Assembly: GCA_951406725.2 (NCBI GenBank) | Contig: OX597815.1 | Location: 35,484,001 to 35,546,000, forward strand | From: Octopus vulgaris | Taxonomy: Eukaryota | Direction of reading: 5' to 3' | DNA: 62,000 nucleotides | Shown: piece by piece, positions 57,753 to 62,000 of the stretch | Position numbering within the stretch: position 1 is the first letter of the stretch | Layout: the number at the start of each line of letters is the position of its first letter | Translations under genes and position numbers: made by a program | The notes under the pieces: generated by a model | Databases searched by the model: none | The model's input: the letters and a program-made list of their open reading frames with translations, nothing else | Told to the model about the DNA's origin: nothing

Positions 57753-59157
57753 ATTTATAGGATGACTTCATAATAACCATGAATATCAATTTGGACAATC
57801 AACTCAATTATCACAAGAATGATAGTTGTTCCTTCTCGAGCCACGCCTGGCTCATAGGGCCAGTTTCCTTGGCGTATAGGTTCCCCATCTGGACGGGACG
57901 CCAGTCCATCGCAGGTGAGCTGCAAGATGCAGGCGGAAAGAGTCAGCAGAAGTTCACCATTACCTTCTGCTGGAGCCACGTGGAGCTTAGGTGTTTCACT
58001 CATAAACATACACATCGCCCAGTCTGTGTTTCACTAATTAAATTTACAGGGACAATAAACACATCCTGAAAACCATGGTTCAGTCACATCTGAAAATCAC
58101 ACTCAGCCAAAGTGTTTGGTTTTGTGGAATAGCTGGACATGCAGCTATTCATATGGGTTGGAAATAACAGAAATAGGCAATGTGGTATTATAAGATGTAA
58201 GGTAACTTAAGTGTTCTTAGACTTTATCATAAGGAGATGGCATCCCAACACAAAGTGTCACCCAAGAATAAAAATTGATGCTAATCTTTTAATATTTTAC
58301 TGTGAAATGTTTACCTGGATCAGATAGGAAAGATTATATTACTGATGTATTTTGGGAGGATTTATATTATGTGACAAAAAACTAGTTTTCACTTGATGGT
58401 TGAGTGGTCGGTGTTCAGAAACCATTTGTAAAAATTTACTCAACTTTCATTTATTATCAATCTTTGTAATCTTTATTATGTGATAGCCAAGTCATTGAAG
58501 TATTAGACAATTTTTTGTGGTATTTAGTAATAGCCCTTTATATTCTAAGTTCAAATCCTGCCACTTTACCATTCATCCTTTTGGAGTTGATAAAATAAAA
58601 TATCAGTCAAGTGAGTGCAAGAGTCAATTTCATCAACCCCTAATCCACCAAAATGGTGGTCTTCTGCATATCTAAGAAACAGTTGACAGCCTAGTTCCCA
58701 CTGCAGTACCTGTTAAGGAGCTAAAGAAAAAGGTTTATACCTAGTATAGTCAAGAGTTCAATATTGCAAAAACTAAAGTCGTAGTTAGTAACAGAGAGCA
58801 GAAGATGTCATTGTCATCTGGGAAGTGACCTTGCTTAATATGAAGGAAAAGATTTGGTAGAGAGTCAAATCTGTGTACCTACTGCAAATACACATAAAAG
58901 ATGAAATGGGATTTCTTGGTAGTGAGCACACCCATGAAACAAAATATACGAATTACTCAGATGGCTCACTAGATGGAGATGATAGATTTTAATACCTAAT
59001 CAAACTATGAAGCTTACGCAACAAGTGTACTGCTGCTCATAAAACATGGACATTAGATCTGCAAAAACAGGCGTGTATGGTTCAGTGAATAGCACAAATG
59101 AGCTGAGTGAGCAGACTCATATTGAACAGTATTTATTAATATATGCAAGATGATTTT

Positions 59158-60357
59158 GAACATCTAGAAGTGGTTGATAACTTCCGTTACCTAGGTGACC
59201 AAGTCAGTAGCGGAGGAGGGTGCGCTGAAAGTGTAGCTGCTAGAATAAGAATAGCTTGGGCAAAGTTCAGAGAGCTCTTACCTCTGCTGGTGACAAAGGG
59301 CCTCTTGCTCAGAGTAAAAGGTAGACTGTATGACGCTTGTGTACGAGCAGCCATGCTACACGGCAATGAAACATGGGCTGTGATTGCTGAGGACAAGCGT
59401 AAGCTCGCAAGGAATGAAGCCAGTGGATGTGTAATGTCAGTGTGCATACTTGAGAGAAAAGTTGGACCTAAGAAGCATTAGATGTGGTGTGCAAGAGAAA
59501 CGACTGCGCTGGTATGGTCATGTGGTAAGAATGGATGAGCATAGCTGTGTGAAAAAGTGCCACACCCTAGCGGTTGAGGGAACCTGTGGAAGAGGTAGAC
59601 CCAGGATGAAGTGGTGAAGCATGACCTTCAAACATTAGGCCTCACCAAGGAAATGACTAGCGATTGAGACTTTTGGAAATATGCTGTACTTGAGAAGACC
59701 CGGCAAGCCAAATGAGATCATAACCTGTGGCCTATACCAGGAGTGTAACCAGCCCACTTATGCGTACCTTTTCCTTCTTTGGTCACTAAACTCTGCTTGC
59801 GAAGACCTGTTGAGGCAAGTGAAATCAAAATCAATTCGATGACTGGCATCCGTGCTAGCGGGGTGCAAAGAGCACCATACGAGTGTGATCATTGACAGAG
59901 CGGCTAACCGGCTTCCGTGCCAGTGGCACATAAAAGGGCACCATTCAAGTATGATCGTTACCAGCGTTGCCTTACTGGCACTTGTGCCAGTAGGGTGCCA
60001 AGAGCACCATCTGAGCATGATCATTGCCAGAGCAGCCAACTGGCTTCCATACCCGTGGCACGTAAAAGGGCACCATTCGAGCGTGATCATTACCAACATC
60101 AGTTCACTGGCACGTGTAAAAAGATTCAAGCGAGGTCATTGTTAGTACCGCCTGACTGGCCCCCATGCCGGTAGCACGTAAAAAGCACCCACAACACTCT
60201 CGGAGTGGTTGGTGTTAAGAAGCGCATCCAGGTGTAGAAATTCTGCCAGATCAAGATTGGAGCCTGGTGCAGCCATCTGGTTCGCCAGCCCTCAATCAAA
60301 ATCGTCCAACCCATGCTAGCATGGAAAGCAGACGTTAAACGATGATGATGATGATGA
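59158..60357 (+). mobile_element. RTE LINE 3' portion (thumb to tail)
   Basis: LEVVDNFRYLGDQVSSGGGCAESVAARIRIAWAKFRELLPLL, ..RLRWYGHV.., long minisatellite 3' UTR and (GAT)n tail. Confidence 0.88.
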
Positions 60358-61614
60358 GAAATGTTATGTGAATGGACAATGAGTGTAAAAATTTCTATGT
60401 ACTGTCAATGGTAGTTACTCAGGCAAAAAGTAACCTAGTAAGACAGGATAAATGTGTGAAATTCAGATCTAAGAATAAGGGACGGGGACTAATGATCGTG
60501 ATATGCATCATATATATTGTGTAACAAACTTACCAACCAATGCCAGGATGGAAAAAAAAAAATGAATGAATTACCATCAAAATTACAATAAATTGTTCCT
60601 ATCTTAAGCCTGTACTATGTTGACATCCACTTGGAACAAATTCATTTCACTTCTGTCCCTAATATATATGAGAAAAATGTCACAGTATCAGAACACTATA
60701 TTCTTTCTCTGTAGGTTTAAGCTTTAGTGGTTAACTAAGAAACTAGAGAAGGGATGGCAAATGTCATTGTGTAGACAATTTACATACAATGTGAAGTTAA
60801 TACTCTTAGTTAAGAGAGAAACAGAACACAGAAGTTGTGGATGTTCTAAAGTGGAAGACAGGTATAAAATAATAGAGCAAATAATAAAACAGGTTAAGAA
60901 TACAGAGAAATGGGTATACCGATACAAGTGTACAGCTCTTTGAGTTTGCTTCCTCGTAACTTTAAAAAAAAATGTTTTCTTTGTTTGTTTTTTAAGAATA
61001 GCAAAAGTTATAATCATAATCTGAAACTGTCTTCTTATTTTTTTTATAATCATAATATCCTAGCAATAATATCAAATTAACAATCTGTGAGGGTTAAAAT
61101 TACGAAAATGTATATTGATGACAGGTTGGATACAAATTTTGAATCTATATGAAATTTTAACCTTGGTAAAAAGGGATTTGTTGCGAACTCTTAAAAAATT
61201 TCTAAGCATCCTTTTTATCGTTGGGTAAGATTTTATCGAAAAATCTCAATACTGACTAGTAATAAAAATTTCGGTGTCGAGAGTGTAGATTCTTTGCACC
61301 TGAAAAAGAGTCTTCGAATCAGCATACCGTTTTACTGAAATTGAACGATATCAATTCTACAGGAGAAATAATAACATACACATGATGCATGTAGTTTGAG
61401 TAAAAAAATTTTAATCCAACTACAAGGAATAGTGGAGATGAAATATAAAACTAGATATAATACAGTAATACAATAGTAACTCTGTCAGCATAAGGAATAT
61501 AAGCTCTTATCAACAAAAAGGGCAACAGAATTACTCAGAAACAAACAGTTCACCCGAAGACTAAAATGTCCTTCGATCATTTCTGAAGAACAGCTTATAG
61601 TTAACTTCAGATTT

Positions 61615-61998
61615 TTAGAATCCTTTAGATAAAAGGAACTTACATACGTCATCACAATAATCTCCTCTCACCCTTATAAAACTTGATACTTCATGGACTT
61701 GGGTATATATGTCTTTTGTACTTCTCTCTTGCAAATATGTCCTTAAATCTGACTCGAGTTTCCAGATATTCCCATCGATTTTACAAATTTTGGTGAGGAT
61801 GCGAGACCCGTGGAACTTTACTTCCAGATATAAAGGCAACATATGATTTTTGGTTCGTTTCACGAAATAAGGATGTTTTGAGCCATTCTCATTAGGCGGT
61901 ATCCATCCTGATGGTGTTGGAACCCCTGTTACCGATTCGGCTGGTGGTGGAGGGACAATCTCCTTCGGCAAAAGCCTCTCAACGTATTTAAAATCTTC
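61615..61998 (-). CDS. MRPL49: Mitochondrial ribosomal protein mL49 (MRPL49), 3' coding part; 5' part lies outside the window
   Basis: Frame open from the window edge: EDFKYVERLLPKEIVPPP...PTPSGWIPP...PYFVKRTKNHMLPLY...KIDGNIWKLESDL...TQVHEVSSFIRVRG...FLLSKGF*. This matches the mL49 pattern (VERLLP, PTPSGW.PP, PYFV.R, EGDIW, TQV.E, C-terminal KGF). Confidence 0.93.
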   Translation of the reverse strand, partial: EDFKYVERLLPKEIVPPPPAESVTGVPTPSGWIPPNENGSKHPYFVKRTKNHMLPLYLEVKFHGSRILTKICKIDGNIWKLESDLRTYLQERSTKDIYTQVHEVSSFIRVRGDYCDDVCKFLLSKGF

Positions 61999-62000
61999 TT

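Overview
Eukaryotic, AT-rich, repeat-dense genomic DNA. The repeat families suggest an octopus (coleoid cephalopod), but this is an inference. Bases 1-40 kb contain no recognisable host gene. They hold microsatellites, tRNA-headed SINEs, decayed LINEs (R4/Dong, RTE/BovB-like, Jockey/CR1-like), a pogo/Tigger transposase remnant and a non-autonomous Helitron. Bases 40.7-54.8 kb hold a complete 7-exon mitochondrial tryptophanyl-tRNA synthetase gene (WARS2, + strand, 1155 nt CDS, 384 aa, all GT-AG with consistent phases). The 3' coding part of MRPL49 lies on the - strand at the right edge, tail-to-tail with WARS2. The most interesting signals are: (1) a canonical type I hammerhead ribozyme with a self-complementary loop III inside a ~520-bp element with perfect 55-bp inverted repeats between (TA)n arrays, plus a second minimal hammerhead at 34.2 kb; (2) a duplicated and flipped ~285-bp palindrome in WARS2 intron 2; (3) a SINE whose 48-bp Pol III A-box head is amplified nine times; (4) an RTE LINE with a PHD-type zinc finger between RT and thumb, and a variable minisatellite in its 3' UTR; (5) a pre-miRNA-like hairpin; (6) CpG decay in repeat copies inside the gene body. 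No database searches or folding programs were run. Family names come from motif recognition, and most repeat boundaries are approximate.
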